Shown here: positions 63,455-64,000 of the stretch, piece after piece
Layout of the letters: every line of letters starts with the position of its first letter
Numbering within the stretch: the first letter of the stretch is position 1
DNA from: Lama guanicoe
Taxonomy: Eukaryota
Assembly: GCA_013239625.1 (NCBI GenBank)
Contig: MU053504.1
Location: 498,001 to 562,000 of the forward strand
Length of the DNA: 64,000 nucleotides
Direction: 5' to 3'
Made by a program: the position numbers and the translations under genes
The notes under the pieces: model-generated
Told to the model about the DNA's origin: nothing
Seen by the model: only the letters and a program-made list of their open reading frames with translations
Databases searched by the model: none

Positions 63455-64000
63455 CTGGGGAGGGAGAGGGAGTCCTGATCAGCTGTGAAGGGGCCCCCTG
63501 AGCTCTCGGAGCCTGGGGCTCCCTGAGACTGGGGGTCAGGGCATTAGGTATGCCAGCGGGCCTGAGGGGGGTGTCTGTGAACCTTCGAGGTCACATGTAA
63601 ATGTGGTCCCTACAGATGTCCACGCTTCTGGGGTTTTCCCAGGGGCCCCCACCCACCAAATGTCACGACTCAATCACTACCTGAGGCAGCTGGAACATTG
63701 AGGCCCACTTCCCAACCAAATTCTCAGTCAAAAAGTCCCCAGTTCTCAAAACCCACTGGAACCACATGTGGGATGGAAGGAGGAAAGGGCTTCTGGGGGC
63801 TGAGCAGGCCACACGCCATGGCCACAGGGTTTACTCGGGAAACTCGCCCTAGAGCGTGGGGTCTACTGAGCCCGGATGGAGGAAGCGCTGGGACAGAGCC
63901 AGCCGGAGACGGGCCTGTTCGCAGCTGCTCGTTCTCCATTCCTGCTGAAACTCCACTGCCCTGGCCTCCGGACACCTGCTCTGCCCAGCCGGCCCTGCAG

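Overview
Mammalian genomic DNA, not prokaryotic. It is very probably a camelid (alpaca, llama or camel), because it carries two tRNA-Ala-derived Vic-1-type SINEs. The window covers the conserved RAD21L1-SNPH-SDCBP2 block. (1) The last four coding exons and 3' end of the meiotic kleisin RAD21L1 lie on + at 150-8550. (2) The complete syntaphilin gene SNPH lies on +: CpG-island promoter and two non-coding exons at about 14.0-14.7 kb, a ~27 kb repeat-rich intron, four coding exons at 42258-51725 (537 aa long form, 493 aa short form) and a ~3 kb 3'UTR. (3) Seven coding exons of syntenin-2 SDCBP2 lie on - at 63454 to 55809, convergent with SNPH; the start-codon exon is beyond the window. The rest is L1, L2, MIR, MLT1 and Tigger-family repeats and microsatellites. 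Almost all ORFs in the supplied track are spurious GC-rich or repeat-derived frames. I found no previously undescribed multi-gene system. The most interesting signals are splicing and regulatory: an in-frame upstream SNPH acceptor adding 33 aa, a dual-use coding/acceptor segment, a junction-spanning uORF, a recursive-splice-like AG|GTAAG site, possible SNPH/SDCBP2 3' overlap, and SDCBP2 changes relative to human. All comparisons to human or mouse proteins and to repeat consensuses are from memory and need alignment to confirm.
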